Positions 10,145-19,080 of a stretch of DNA of 34,297 bases are shown here, piece by piece. The translations under genes and the position numbers were made by a program. Every line of letters starts with the position of its first letter. Position 1 is the first letter of the stretch. Location of the stretch: positions 1 through 34,297 of IMG/VR virus record IMGVR_UViG_3300032225_001493; one strand, given 5' to 3'. Under the pieces are notes generated by a model. It was not told the origin of the DNA, did not search any database, and saw only the letters and a program-made list of their open reading frames with translations. This DNA comes from a virus. Lineage: Duplodnaviria > Caudoviricetes.

Positions 10145-10438
10145 ATGTCCACCGCCATGCCGCCAGAAGACGTTTCTCACCGGGACATCTACGTGCGCCT
10201 GGCGGAGCTGGGCGCAAAGATCGATTCAATTCTGCAGCTCATGGCCGAGCGGAAAGAAGAGGTGGCCAGGATCACCAAAGACCTTGACGCCCTGTTCTCC
10301 AGGCAGCGCTCATTGGAGAACCGCATGGGCCAGGTCGTGATCATTGGCGCTCTGCTCGGCCTCCTGATTCCGGTCGTGGGCCAGGCTCTGCAGCTCAAGT
10401 TGTCAGTGCCGATCGAGCGCCAGGAGGTGCGGAAGTGA
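10145..10438 (+). CDS. Coiled-coil protein with C-terminal TM helix (possible holin/lysis accessory)
   Basis: Heptad pattern then hydrophobic VVIIGALLGLLIPVVG. Confidence 0.6.
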   Translation: MSTAMPPEDVSHRDIYVRLAELGAKIDSILQLMAERKEEVARITKDLDALFSRQRSLENRMGQVVIIGALLGLLIPVVGQALQLKLSVPIERQEVRK

Positions 10439-10635
10439 CCCGCTATCTCGGCGCCTGTCTGGCCTTTGCTGGGGCCTGCCTGCTGGCCGGCTCAGCGGTC
10501 GGCGTGGCGGACTGGGCCGCCTGTCTTCATGGCGGCGGCGGCGGCGGCTGCAGGGCCAGCAGGGCTGATGCCATGGCGGCGCTCAGCGGAGCGGCCAATG
10601 TGGCGCTGGGCGTGGCGCTGCAAGAGGGCCAATGA
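10435..10635 (+). CDS. Small membrane protein
   Basis: Hydrophobic 66 aa; overlaps both neighbours (GTGA/ATGA). Confidence 0.5.
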   Translation: MTRYLGACLAFAGACLLAGSAVGVADWAACLHGGGGGGCRASRADAMAALSGAANVALGVALQEGQ

Positions 10636-11048
10636 CCAGCAAATCCGAGCGGATCCTGGCCGCCATCAAGGCCGCTTTGACTCCCACCGCTGGCATCAGC
10701 GGCCAGGTATTCCGGGACCGCTGGGAGGCCCTGGCCCGCAACGAGATGCCGGCCATCGTTGTCGAGCCGCAGAGCGAAAGCGACGAGGTGCCCGACGTTG
10801 GCCCGGTAAACACCGATTTGGTGGTTTCCGTTGACGTGCTGATCAGTGGCGCACCGCTCTCCACCCTGGCCGACCCGATCCGCGTTGACGCCCATGCCCG
10901 CCTGATGGCCGCGACGTTCCCCGGGCTGGGCGTGATCCACGTCTACCCAACCGGCCGCCAATGGGACGCGGTGAGCGGCGAGATTGGCGTACTGCGCTGT
11001 TCCTACGCTGTGAGGTATCGGAGCTCCCTTTCGGATCTCACGGCATGA
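10632..11048 (+). CDS. Tail terminator / minor tail protein (gpU-like)
   Basis: ERILAAIKAAL...MPAIVV...YAVRY pattern; upstream of the tube gene. Confidence 0.7.
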   Translation: MTSKSERILAAIKAALTPTAGISGQVFRDRWEALARNEMPAIVVEPQSESDEVPDVGPVNTDLVVSVDVLISGAPLSTLADPIRVDAHARLMAATFPGLGVIHVYPTGRQWDAVSGEIGVLRCSYAVRYRSSLSDLTA

Positions 11049-11233
11049 CCGCCAAGCCCTTTCCGCCCAGGCCCACCACTGCCGGCACCTTCCTGCTGGT
11101 CAATGGCGAATGGGTCAATCAATCCCCCGCTGAATCCCCCGAGGTAACGACCGATGGCCCAGACTCGCCGGCAGATCCTGATGGTGAAGAAGGAGACGAG
11201 CTACGGCACGTCGGCGAGCGCGGCAGGGACTGA
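11045..11233 (+). CDS. Small hypothetical protein
   Basis: ATGA overlap with the previous stop; MTAKPFPPRPTTAGTFLLVNGEWV; its 3' part overlaps the tube gene. Confidence 0.4.
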   Translation: MTAKPFPPRPTTAGTFLLVNGEWVNQSPAESPEVTTDGPDSPADPDGEEGDELRHVGERGRD

Positions 11234-12089
11234 TGCCCTGCTCGTCCAGAATCTTCAGCTCACGCCGCTGGACGGCACTCTGCTGGAGCGCGAGATCATC
11301 GATAGCAGCTTCGGTCGAGTGCGCTCGCGGATTATCGCGATGCGCAAAATGGGCCTGCAGTTCGATGTAGAGGCCGCAGGCTCCGGCACCGCTGGCACCG
11401 CGCCAAAGTTTGACCCGCTCCTGCTGGCCTGTGGCTTCAACGCCACCATCGTGGCCAGCACGTCGGTGACCTACGCCCCGATCAGCACAACGCCCGACAG
11501 CTGCGAGCTCTATCACAACTGGGACGGCAACAAGCATCAGGGCCTGGGCGCCCGCGGCACGTTTGATTTGAGCTTTGAGGCTGGCCAGATTCCGAAGTTC
11601 GGATTCATCATGACCGGGATCTACCAGGCCCCCACAGATGTTGCCTTTCCCAGCCCGACCTATACCAACCAGGCCGCTCCGGTGGCGTTTGATTCCACCA
11701 ACACCGCCACGGTGACGGTGGCCAGCCTGTCGGCTTGTGTGTCGGCGTTCAAACTGTCGCTGGGCAACCAAGTCGAGTTCTTCGATCACGCCGGTTGCAC
11801 CAAGCAAGTGCGTATCACCGATCGGATGGTGGAAGGCTCTATCACCATCGAACGGCCCGACGCGCTGAGCACCAAGGACTTCTACGCACTCGCCATCGCT
11901 GGCACCACCGGCGGCATCAGCTTCACCCATGGCACCGTCGCCGGGAACCGCCTGGCGGTGAGCGTGCCCACGGTGAACTTCGGCCCACCCAAGCCCGCCG
12001 ACATCCGCGGCATCGCTGGCCTGGAGATCCCCTTCGTGGCGCTCCACACCGCCGGCAGCTCCGACGAGTTCAGCCTGGCCTTCACCTGA
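11154..12089 (+). CDS. Major tail (tube) protein
   Basis: KKETSYGT N-terminus, LLLACG, GARGTF; 311 aa; precedes chaperones and tape measure. Confidence 0.88.
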   Translation: MAQTRRQILMVKKETSYGTSASAAGTDALLVQNLQLTPLDGTLLEREIIDSSFGRVRSRIIAMRKMGLQFDVEAAGSGTAGTAPKFDPLLLACGFNATIVASTSVTYAPISTTPDSCELYHNWDGNKHQGLGARGTFDLSFEAGQIPKFGFIMTGIYQAPTDVAFPSPTYTNQAAPVAFDSTNTATVTVASLSACVSAFKLSLGNQVEFFDHAGCTKQVRITDRMVEGSITIERPDALSTKDFYALAIAGTTGGISFTHGTVAGNRLAVSVPTVNFGPPKPADIRGIAGLEIPFVALHTAGSSDEFSLAFT

Positions 12090-12135
12090 TCCAGGCGGCT
12101 CAGGCTAGCGATTCTGAACCACACCACCGCAACCC

Positions 12136-12534
12136 ATGGGATTCAAGATCAGCAGCGCAACAAGTTACCCCTGGCCTGTCGCCGGTCAAATTGCAGGCAC
12201 TCCCTACCGGTTCACGGCCCATTTCGCCTTCCTGGATCAGGAACGGATTGATTACCTTACCATTGCGTCAGCGCGCCGTCAGGCCTTGTTGGAGCGCGGG
12301 CAGGATGATGAAAGCTTGCAGGGCATCACGGCTCTTGCCATTGCCGCCGAGGTGTTGGTCGGCTGGGGCGATGACGTGACTGATGACGACGATGAGCCGG
12401 TGGCGTTCACCGCTGCCGTTGCCGATCGGTTCCTGCGACAGCAGGGTGTTGCCGCTGCGGTGGTCGAGGCCTGGGGCGACAGCTTGCAGGGAGCCAAGCG
12501 GGGAAACTCCAAGGCGCCGCGCGGTATTGGCTGA
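12136..12534 (+). CDS. Tail assembly chaperone (gpG-like)
   Basis: VLVGW motif, ends ...AKRGN; position between tube and tape measure. Confidence 0.85.
   Translation: MGFKISSATSYPWPVAGQIAGTPYRFTAHFAFLDQERIDYLTIASARRQALLERGQDDESLQGITALAIAAEVLVGWGDDVTDDDDEPVAFTAAVADRFLRQQGVAAAVVEAWGDSLQGAKRGNSKAPRGIG
12501..12507 (+). other. -1 programmed ribosomal frameshift site G GGA AAC
   Basis: X XXY YYZ heptamer in frame with 12136; the -1 frame is open to 12821. Confidence 0.85.
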
Positions 12535-12821
12535 CCGGCGGCGCTGACGATCTGGAGGAGTCTGCGGCGGCCTGGGGCCTGGAGCTCCCGCCAGAGCTGA
12601 TCGGCCCGCAGCATTTCGAGGTGTGGCCCGAAAATTGGCTCGCCGTTGAGCTGTTCCTGCGCTGCCAGACGCAATGGCGCATCAGCCTGAATGGCAGGGC
12701 CGGGCTGGATTATGGCGTCGTCCTGAGTCTGGGTAGCCTGTATCAGGTGGCCGATCTGTCGCGCGTTCTGGAGGATCTGCAGGTGATCGAAGAGACCATC
12801 CTGCTGGAGCAGAAGCAATGA
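12507..12821 (+). CDS. Tail assembly chaperone gpT-like part (DUF1799-like), expressed by frameshift
   Basis: VWPENWLAVELFLRCQTQWR...GLDY...DLQVIE. Confidence 0.8.
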   Translation, partial: LQGAARYWLTGGADDLEESAAAWGLELPPELIGPQHFEVWPENWLAVELFLRCQTQWRISLNGRAGLDYGVVLSLGSLYQVADLSRVLEDLQVIEETILLEQKQ

Positions 12822-14488
12822 ACCTCGACGCGATTCTGCGCATCGGCACCAAGGTCACCGGCACCGAGCAGATTTCCCAGCTGCAGGGAAAGCTAAAGGC
12901 GGCGGAAGGTGCAGCGGAATCAATGGCCAGCCGCGCCGGGCTGCTCAGTGGCGCGCTGGGCGCAGTGGTCCCAGCGGTCACGATCGGCGGCCTTGGCGCA
13001 TTGATCGGCAAAACCATTGAGGCCGGCGACGCGCTCAACGACATGAGCCAGCGAACCGGCGTGAGCGTCGAGGCCCTGGCAAAGTTCAAGAAAGCAGCGG
13101 CCACATCAGGTACCGACATCGAGGCGGTATCGAAGAGCCTTGTAAAGCTGGATCGAGGCCTGTTCAACATCGGCGGCAAGGGTGACAAGGTGGGCCCGGC
13201 CCTGGACCGGCTGGGCATCAGCGCGAAGGATGCGGCCGGAAACCTTAAAAGCGCCGATCAGATCACGCTGGAGGTGGCAAATCGGTTCAAGGCCATGCCC
13301 GATGGCGTCGAGAAGACAGCCACGGCGCTGGATTTGTTCGGCAAGGCCGGCGCCGACATGATCCCAATGTTGAACATGGGGGGCCAGGCGATCGACAGCC
13401 TAAGCATCAAGATGACGACCGCTTTTGCGCAGAAGGCGGACGAATACAACGACAAGCTGGCCATGCTCAGCGGCAAGGTCGGCGGCCTAGCGGCTGGCCT
13501 GACCGTGGCCCTGCTGCCAGCCCTTGACGCCATCGCCACTGGGCTCACGGCGGTGGTTGATGGCTTCAGCAAGCTGCCCGGCCCGGTGCAGGCCATCATC
13601 GGGTCCGTGGCCCTGCTGGCTATCAGCCTGACGGCACTGGCTCCGATCTTTGCCAGCTTGATCACGGTGGCCGCTGCATTTGAGGGCTTGGCGATCGGCG
13701 CCACCATCGCCGGATGGCTGGGTGCAATCGGGCCGCTGATCACTGCCGCCGGCACGCTGGTCGCGGGAATCGTCGGCTGGCCCCTGACGATCGGCGCGGC
13801 CCTGGTGGCGGTGGGCGTGCTGATCTTTGCCTTCCGCGATCAGATCGGCGCGGTGCTGGCTGGCATCGGCAAGACGATCTACGGCGCCGTGGACACCATC
13901 AACAAGGGCATTCGCAGCGCGATCAAAGCCACTTGGGATTGGGTCGCCAGCGGCGTCACCGGCATCGGCGATGCCCTGTCCAGGCCATTCATCGGCGCTA
14001 CTGAGGTGATTAAGTCAGTGCTGCGCAGCGTGCTGGGCTTTGCTGCCGGGGCGATCAATGGATTCCTGGGCATGGTGAACCGACTGATCGCCACGGTGAA
14101 CGGCGTGGCCGCCAGCTTGCACCTTCCTCAGCTTCCCCAACTGGGCATGATGCCGGTGCCGCAGTTCGCCTCCGGCGCCTATGTGACCGGCGCCACCACG
14201 GCCACGGTGGGCGAGGCCGGGCCTGAGTATGTGATCCCAGCCGCTCGCATGGGTGCCGCCTCGCGGGCCTACCTGCAGGGCTCCAGGGGTGTGGCGGTGG
14301 TGAACGGTGCGGACGGGTCGGCGGCGGCCCCCACGATCAACATCCAGACCGGCCAGGTGCTGCAGATGCCCGACGGCAGCCAGTGGGTCAGCATGGCCGA
14401 CCTTGAGCGCGCCATGCACGCCACCGCTGCTGGCGTCCTGGGCCAGCTGCGCACACCTGCTGGGCGGGTCGCCATGGGAGGTGCCTGA
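12818..14488 (+). CDS. Tape measure protein
   Basis: Ala/Gly-rich helical protein, LNDMSQRTGVSVEAL, ALDLFGKAG, C-terminal FASG...VGEAGPEYVIP. Confidence 0.92.
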   Translation: MNLDAILRIGTKVTGTEQISQLQGKLKAAEGAAESMASRAGLLSGALGAVVPAVTIGGLGALIGKTIEAGDALNDMSQRTGVSVEALAKFKKAAATSGTDIEAVSKSLVKLDRGLFNIGGKGDKVGPALDRLGISAKDAAGNLKSADQITLEVANRFKAMPDGVEKTATALDLFGKAGADMIPMLNMGGQAIDSLSIKMTTAFAQKADEYNDKLAMLSGKVGGLAAGLTVALLPALDAIATGLTAVVDGFSKLPGPVQAIIGSVALLAISLTALAPIFASLITVAAAFEGLAIGATIAGWLGAIGPLITAAGTLVAGIVGWPLTIGAALVAVGVLIFAFRDQIGAVLAGIGKTIYGAVDTINKGIRSAIKATWDWVASGVTGIGDALSRPFIGATEVIKSVLRSVLGFAAGAINGFLGMVNRLIATVNGVAASLHLPQLPQLGMMPVPQFASGAYVTGATTATVGEAGPEYVIPAARMGAASRAYLQGSRGVAVVNGADGSAAAPTINIQTGQVLQMPDGSQWVSMADLERAMHATAAGVLGQLRTPAGRVAMGGA

Positions 14489-14949
14489 TGGACCGGGGGC
14501 AGGCAGCATTCATTGAAATTGGCGACGGGTTCGGCACCGTCTTCTCCCGGTGGCAGAGCTACTGGGTTGACGCCGTGACGGCCTGGGATGGGCAGGCCTG
14601 GAGCTACCGGCAGATGGATTGGGCCGGCGTCACCAGCGGCCAAGCCTCGGGCGATCAAGCCAGCCTGACCCTACCGGCGACGCCAGCGGTCCAGTCCATG
14701 ACTGAGCAAGCCCTGGCCGGGCCGTGGGTGACCACGCTGCGCGTGATCCAGTTTGATGAGACGGCGGCCAGCAGCGCTCCACCGGCGGCCTACACGCTGG
14801 TGGCTAGCTGCGTGGGTGAGGTGATTGGGGCAAGCGCCGGCCTTACCCAGATCACCTGGAAGCTCGGCTCGGCGTTGTCGCCGGTGGGTGCGCAGTTTCC
14901 ACCCAGAACAGCACTGACCGCCCTGATTGGAGTCCCCTGCCGGCTATGA
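14488..14949 (+). CDS. Minor tail (tip) protein
   Basis: Position after TMP, TGATG overlap, beta-rich. Confidence 0.65.
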   Translation: MDRGQAAFIEIGDGFGTVFSRWQSYWVDAVTAWDGQAWSYRQMDWAGVTSGQASGDQASLTLPATPAVQSMTEQALAGPWVTTLRVIQFDETAASSAPPAAYTLVASCVGEVIGASAGLTQITWKLGSALSPVGAQFPPRTALTALIGVPCRL

Positions 14950-17210
14950 CCGACGCGCTCAGTTCCTGGCTGCAGAACTACAACCCCGACGGGTCAAAGC
15001 GCCCGGGGGCGGGCATCGACACGCGCACATCCGCTCAGATCTATGGCGTGGGCCTGGCAGCTGCCAGCAGCGGAAAGCTGCCCCCGCCGGCCAACGCCGC
15101 CGCCGCCGCCGGGAACTCGCCGCTGCAGGTGGCCCAGGCGGCAATGGTTGTGGGCGAGCCGATCCCCGTGATCTGGGGCCGGCGGCGCGGCACGGTGGGC
15201 GGCGTGCTGGTGTTCCCCAAGGCCACCGAAAGCCGCTTTGAGAACGACTCCAGCACGGTCACCAGCCGCTATCACATGGTGTTGGGCGAGGGCCGCTTCC
15301 CTGGCATCCAGCGCCGCGATGTCCGGTGCGGTGAATGCCGGATCGGCACCTTCTCTCAGAACTGCAACACCAGGGCCGGCAGCTGGGCGCCCGGCAATTT
15401 CGCCACCGCGCAGACGGCCTACACCGTGCCGACGTTCCCAACCTTCACCGGCGGCGGCGGCAACTACCAGGACTTGACCACCTTCGAGGCGGGCGCATCG
15501 TTCGCCGGTGGGTCCGACGGTTGGCGCACCGGCTGGAACGTCTTCCTGCGCGGTGGCACGATCGTGGAACGCGGGCGCTTGCTTGACTCCACTGTGGGCA
15601 GCAGCGACAACCTGGCGGACCTGGTGCTCTGGGCCCTGCAACGCAGCGGCCGGGTGCCTGATGCCATGATCGACCTGGGCAGCCTGGCCAGCGCCGCGCA
15701 GTTCCTCGAGGCGGTCGGGCTCTGGTGCAACGGCGAGTTCAGCGCCTCCACCAACCTGGGCGACTGGTTGATCCGGATCTTGCCTGACTTCCTGTTGCGT
15801 GAAACGAAGATCGGCGGGAAGTTCGGCCTCAGGCCCCTGCTGCCGGTGACCAGCGCGGGTGGCATCAACTCCGACCCCATCGTGCCCGACTGGGTGCTGA
15901 CGGAAGCGGCGATCATCCCCGACAGTTTCCAGATCGAATACAGCGAGGCCGCCAGCCGCCGCCCGGTCGCCATGGCCATGCTTTGGAGGCAGCAGCAGGA
16001 CGACACAGACGTGCCGATCGTGCGCACCCTGACCGTGGGCGATCTCAACGCTTCTGGCCCCGTTGAGCAACACGACCTGAGCCAGTTCGCCACCACCGAA
16101 AACCACGCGGCACGGGTCGGCGCCTACCTCTACGCCCGGCGCACCCTGAGCACACACTCAGCAACGGTGAAGCTGAAGCCAGGCAACCAGACCGGCACCA
16201 TCGCCGAGGGCGACGTGGTTCAGATTTACCTGCAGAACATCAGCAGCCGCGAGCCGGCCGGCGCCTTCAACCGGTTCTACGTGGTGGAGAGCATCGGCCA
16301 CGCGCTTACCGGGGAAGAAACGTTGAGCCTGAGCCATTTCCCGGTTGATTCCAGCGGCCGGAGCCTGATCGCCCTGGCGGTTGCCGGCGCCACTGCACCG
16401 GGGCAGATCCTGAGCAGCAACCGCACCGGCAGCAGCTGCGATGTGGCCGGTGCCTCAAGCAGCACCACGGTGCCGGCCTCCTCCACCAGCGGCACACCGA
16501 TCAGCAGCCAGGGAACGGGCGGCACCTATTGGGCCGCTGGCGGGCAGTTCCTCGATCTGTTCCATGGGTTCGGCTCTGTTCCTGCCGATGCCCCACCTGC
16601 TCCCGGATCAGGTGGAGGCAAGCGGCTGGCGCAAGGTGGCGGGGCCATACCTCCGTCGGATGGCACCAACTCACAGGGCGGCGATGCTCGTTGTCCGTTT
16701 GGCTACAACCGGGTGTCGGGCTACATCCATCACGTTCAGCTGACAGGAGGTGGTGCCGATGGCCCTGCTTTCCGCACCACGAACTTCACGGCCACAAGCT
16801 TCCCAACCGTTGAGAGCTACGGCACCAGCCATTACGGCGAATGGACGATTCAATCATTCACGATTTCATGGAACGACCCGACCACCGGCCCGCAATCAGG
16901 CACCTTTGATGGTGTCTCCGGCGTTGATGGCACCTATCCCCTGGACATTGGCGCCAACAGCTACAGCTGCTCGCTGGAGGACGGATCGGCAGGCCCGACG
17001 GTCAGCAACGCCAGCGGCGTGCCGAGGCTTTACAGGACGCAGGAAGGCGATACCTTCGGCAGCATTTCCCAGAAGTTTTACGGGACGACCAGCAGAGCCG
17101 CTGACATTGCCAACGCCAATCCATGGCTTATGGGAATCAACATTTTCGCCGTTGATTCCTGGGGCACCTGGGAGCCAGGCAGCGGCTTCCTGCTCACCAT
17201 TCCAAACTGA
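14946..17210 (+). CDS. Tail tip/hub (host specificity J-like) protein with C-terminal LysM domain
   Basis: GEPIPVIWG, IAEGDVV motifs; LysM-like YRTQEGDTFGSISQKFYG...IANANP. Confidence 0.8.
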   Translation: MTDALSSWLQNYNPDGSKRPGAGIDTRTSAQIYGVGLAAASSGKLPPPANAAAAAGNSPLQVAQAAMVVGEPIPVIWGRRRGTVGGVLVFPKATESRFENDSSTVTSRYHMVLGEGRFPGIQRRDVRCGECRIGTFSQNCNTRAGSWAPGNFATAQTAYTVPTFPTFTGGGGNYQDLTTFEAGASFAGGSDGWRTGWNVFLRGGTIVERGRLLDSTVGSSDNLADLVLWALQRSGRVPDAMIDLGSLASAAQFLEAVGLWCNGEFSASTNLGDWLIRILPDFLLRETKIGGKFGLRPLLPVTSAGGINSDPIVPDWVLTEAAIIPDSFQIEYSEAASRRPVAMAMLWRQQQDDTDVPIVRTLTVGDLNASGPVEQHDLSQFATTENHAARVGAYLYARRTLSTHSATVKLKPGNQTGTIAEGDVVQIYLQNISSREPAGAFNRFYVVESIGHALTGEETLSLSHFPVDSSGRSLIALAVAGATAPGQILSSNRTGSSCDVAGASSSTTVPASSTSGTPISSQGTGGTYWAAGGQFLDLFHGFGSVPADAPPAPGSGGGKRLAQGGGAIPPSDGTNSQGGDARCPFGYNRVSGYIHHVQLTGGGADGPAFRTTNFTATSFPTVESYGTSHYGEWTIQSFTISWNDPTTGPQSGTFDGVSGVDGTYPLDIGANSYSCSLEDGSAGPTVSNASGVPRLYRTQEGDTFGSISQKFYGTTSRAADIANANPWLMGINIFAVDSWGTWEPGSGFLLTIPN

Positions 17211-18259
17211 TGGCCACCTTTCCCGCCCTGGTTCCATCCGAAGCGCCAATTACGCCGGGCGCCTGGCCGGTCACGGCGACGATCAGCCTGAACGGCGCAG
17301 AGAGCAGGATCCGTCATGGCTCCGCGCAGATCGGCCGGCGGCTGCGGCTGGCCTTCACCAACGTCACAGAGGCCGACTTCCTGGCGATCCTCAGCCACTA
17401 CCGGGGGCAGCGGTCCGGCTTCGATCCGTTCGGATTCAGCACCTCAACCCTGGCCAGCGACCTCACCCCAGCCGGACACGCATGGTTGTACGCCAGCCCG
17501 CCCCAGGTGACTGACGAGCATGCCGATTGCTTCACCGTGCAAGTCGAATTCAAGAGCGAGCCACGCGGGCTGGCGGTGGCGCCTGGGAAGAGCTGGCGCA
17601 GTCTAACGACGCTGAATCCTGGTGCCCGGAATGGGGGCGTTGCCTATGGTCCGTCAATCGCTTGGGTGACCAGTTCCACGACGTTTGCCATGGTCAACCC
17701 TTTGACCTGGGCCACAGGGGTCAGCGACATCACATACAGCGACAGTAATGCAACCATCACGGCTACAGCAACCGGTGAAAAAACAATAAGAAATTATGCC
17801 GCCAAGTCAACAGGTAAATGGTATGTGGAAATGTCCGCCGCGTTGTTGACCGGCGGCGGCATCAACTCGGTTCAAGACACATGGTGGGGAGTTGGCACCA
17901 GCAACAGCAATTATCCGGGTCAGGCCGGTTCTGGCGGAATTGGCATTACCGGTTCGCGCATTATTTCGCAAGATTGCAGCGCCAGTAAGTCTTATTCAAC
18001 GCTTGGATATTCGTCTGGCTCGGCCCGCATTTTGATGATCGCGGTGGACTTTGATGCGAAGAAGCTCTGGTTTGGATCCGATGGCACCTGGCTGACCAGC
18101 GGTGATCCGGCCAGCAGCGCCAATCCATCGGCCTACAGCTGGAGCGGCACGCCGTCCTGGTATGTGTGCTTCCGGCCCTATTTCTCGACCGACGCAGCGA
18201 CGCTGCTGGTGTCTCCCAGTTACAAGCCCAGCGGCTTCAGCCAGTGGGCCGATTCCTAG
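17210..18259 (+). CDS. Distal-tail (gpM/Dit-like) domain fused to a SPRY/B30.2-like domain
   Basis: N-terminal FPALVP...LRLAFTN...HYRGQ; C-terminal GKWYVEM...WGVG...IAVDFDAKKLWFGSDGTW. Confidence 0.7.
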   Translation: MATFPALVPSEAPITPGAWPVTATISLNGAESRIRHGSAQIGRRLRLAFTNVTEADFLAILSHYRGQRSGFDPFGFSTSTLASDLTPAGHAWLYASPPQVTDEHADCFTVQVEFKSEPRGLAVAPGKSWRSLTTLNPGARNGGVAYGPSIAWVTSSTTFAMVNPLTWATGVSDITYSDSNATITATATGEKTIRNYAAKSTGKWYVEMSAALLTGGGINSVQDTWWGVGTSNSNYPGQAGSGGIGITGSRIISQDCSASKSYSTLGYSSGSARILMIAVDFDAKKLWFGSDGTWLTSGDPASSANPSAYSWSGTPSWYVCFRPYFSTDAATLLVSPSYKPSGFSQWADS

Positions 18260-18263
18260 CCTG
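18252..18263 (+). promoter_or_regulatory. ATYCCTAGCCTG motif copy (putative late promoter -10)
   Basis: ATTCCTAGCCTG overlapping a TAG stop; AGGAG then ATG 18283 downstream. Confidence 0.55.
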
Positions 18264-18282
18264 AGTCAGGATCAGGAGCCTG

Positions 18283-18708
18283 ATGGCGTCAATCGTTTAC
18301 GACAGCTTCCTGGCCGACGTGTTCGCCGGGAACTGCACCACGGCCAGCACTTACAAGGCAATGCTGGTCAGCTCCAGCTACAGCGAAGACCGTGGCGCGC
18401 ACAGCAAACGCAGCTCAGTGACATCAGAAGTGACCGGCACCGGCTACACGGCCGGCGGTGCATCCATCACCCTGAGCGCATCGCTCAGCACCAGCACGCA
18501 CAAACTGACTCTGACCATCGGCTCAGTGAGCTGGAGCAGCAGCACGATCACGGCGCGGAAGCTGGTGGTCTACCGGTCTCGGGGCGGCGCCAGCTCAGCC
18601 GACGAGCTGGTCTGCTGCATCGACAACGGCACGGACCTGGTGAGCAGCTCCAGCACCATGCAGTGGAACGCCTCGACCTGGGAGATCCCCCTCCCGGCGC
18701 CAATCTGA
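18283..18708 (+). CDS. Virion structural (tail-associated) protein
   Basis: EVTGTGYTAGG, ITAR..VVY motifs common in phage tail-region proteins; Shine-Dalgarno AGGAG. Confidence 0.7.
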   Translation: MASIVYDSFLADVFAGNCTTASTYKAMLVSSSYSEDRGAHSKRSSVTSEVTGTGYTAGGASITLSASLSTSTHKLTLTIGSVSWSSSTITARKLVVYRSRGGASSADELVCCIDNGTDLVSSSSTMQWNASTWEIPLPAPI

Positions 18709-19076
18709 TGGCCGCCTTCCCTGCCATCGAGCCGCTTGATCGGTCCTATTCCTTGGGCTCGCATCCGATCAGCGCGGCCACCTTCAACAACGGCGACGAG
18801 ACACGCTTCCTCCATGGCTCCGTCGCGTTCGGTGTGCCGGTGACCCTCGCGTTCCGCGCCCTGACGCTCACGCAGGCTCGGCTAATTTCGGCGCACTGGA
18901 ATGGCCAAGGCGCCATCCGGCCGTTCACGATTCCGGTCGAGCTGTGGCGCATGCACGCCAGCCGCTACGACGTGGTACCGGCTGGCTTTGCCTGGAAATA
19001 CGCCGGCCCGCCGGAGGAAACCCCGGCCAGCGGCGGCCTGTTCGATGTCTCCGTTTCCCTCATTGCTGTCGGCTGA
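18708..19076 (+). CDS. Second gpM/Dit-like minor tail protein
   Basis: MAAFPAIEP...; similar to the N-terminal domain of 17210..18259; TGATG overlap. Confidence 0.7.
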   Translation: MAAFPAIEPLDRSYSLGSHPISAATFNNGDETRFLHGSVAFGVPVTLAFRALTLTQARLISAHWNGQGAIRPFTIPVELWRMHASRYDVVPAGFAWKYAGPPEETPASGGLFDVSVSLIAVG

Positions 19077-19080
19077 TCCC

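Noticed and set aside
12501-12507. Tail chaperone frameshift as a novelty
   Set aside because: Well-known lambda G/GT-type feature; listed only as a feature.
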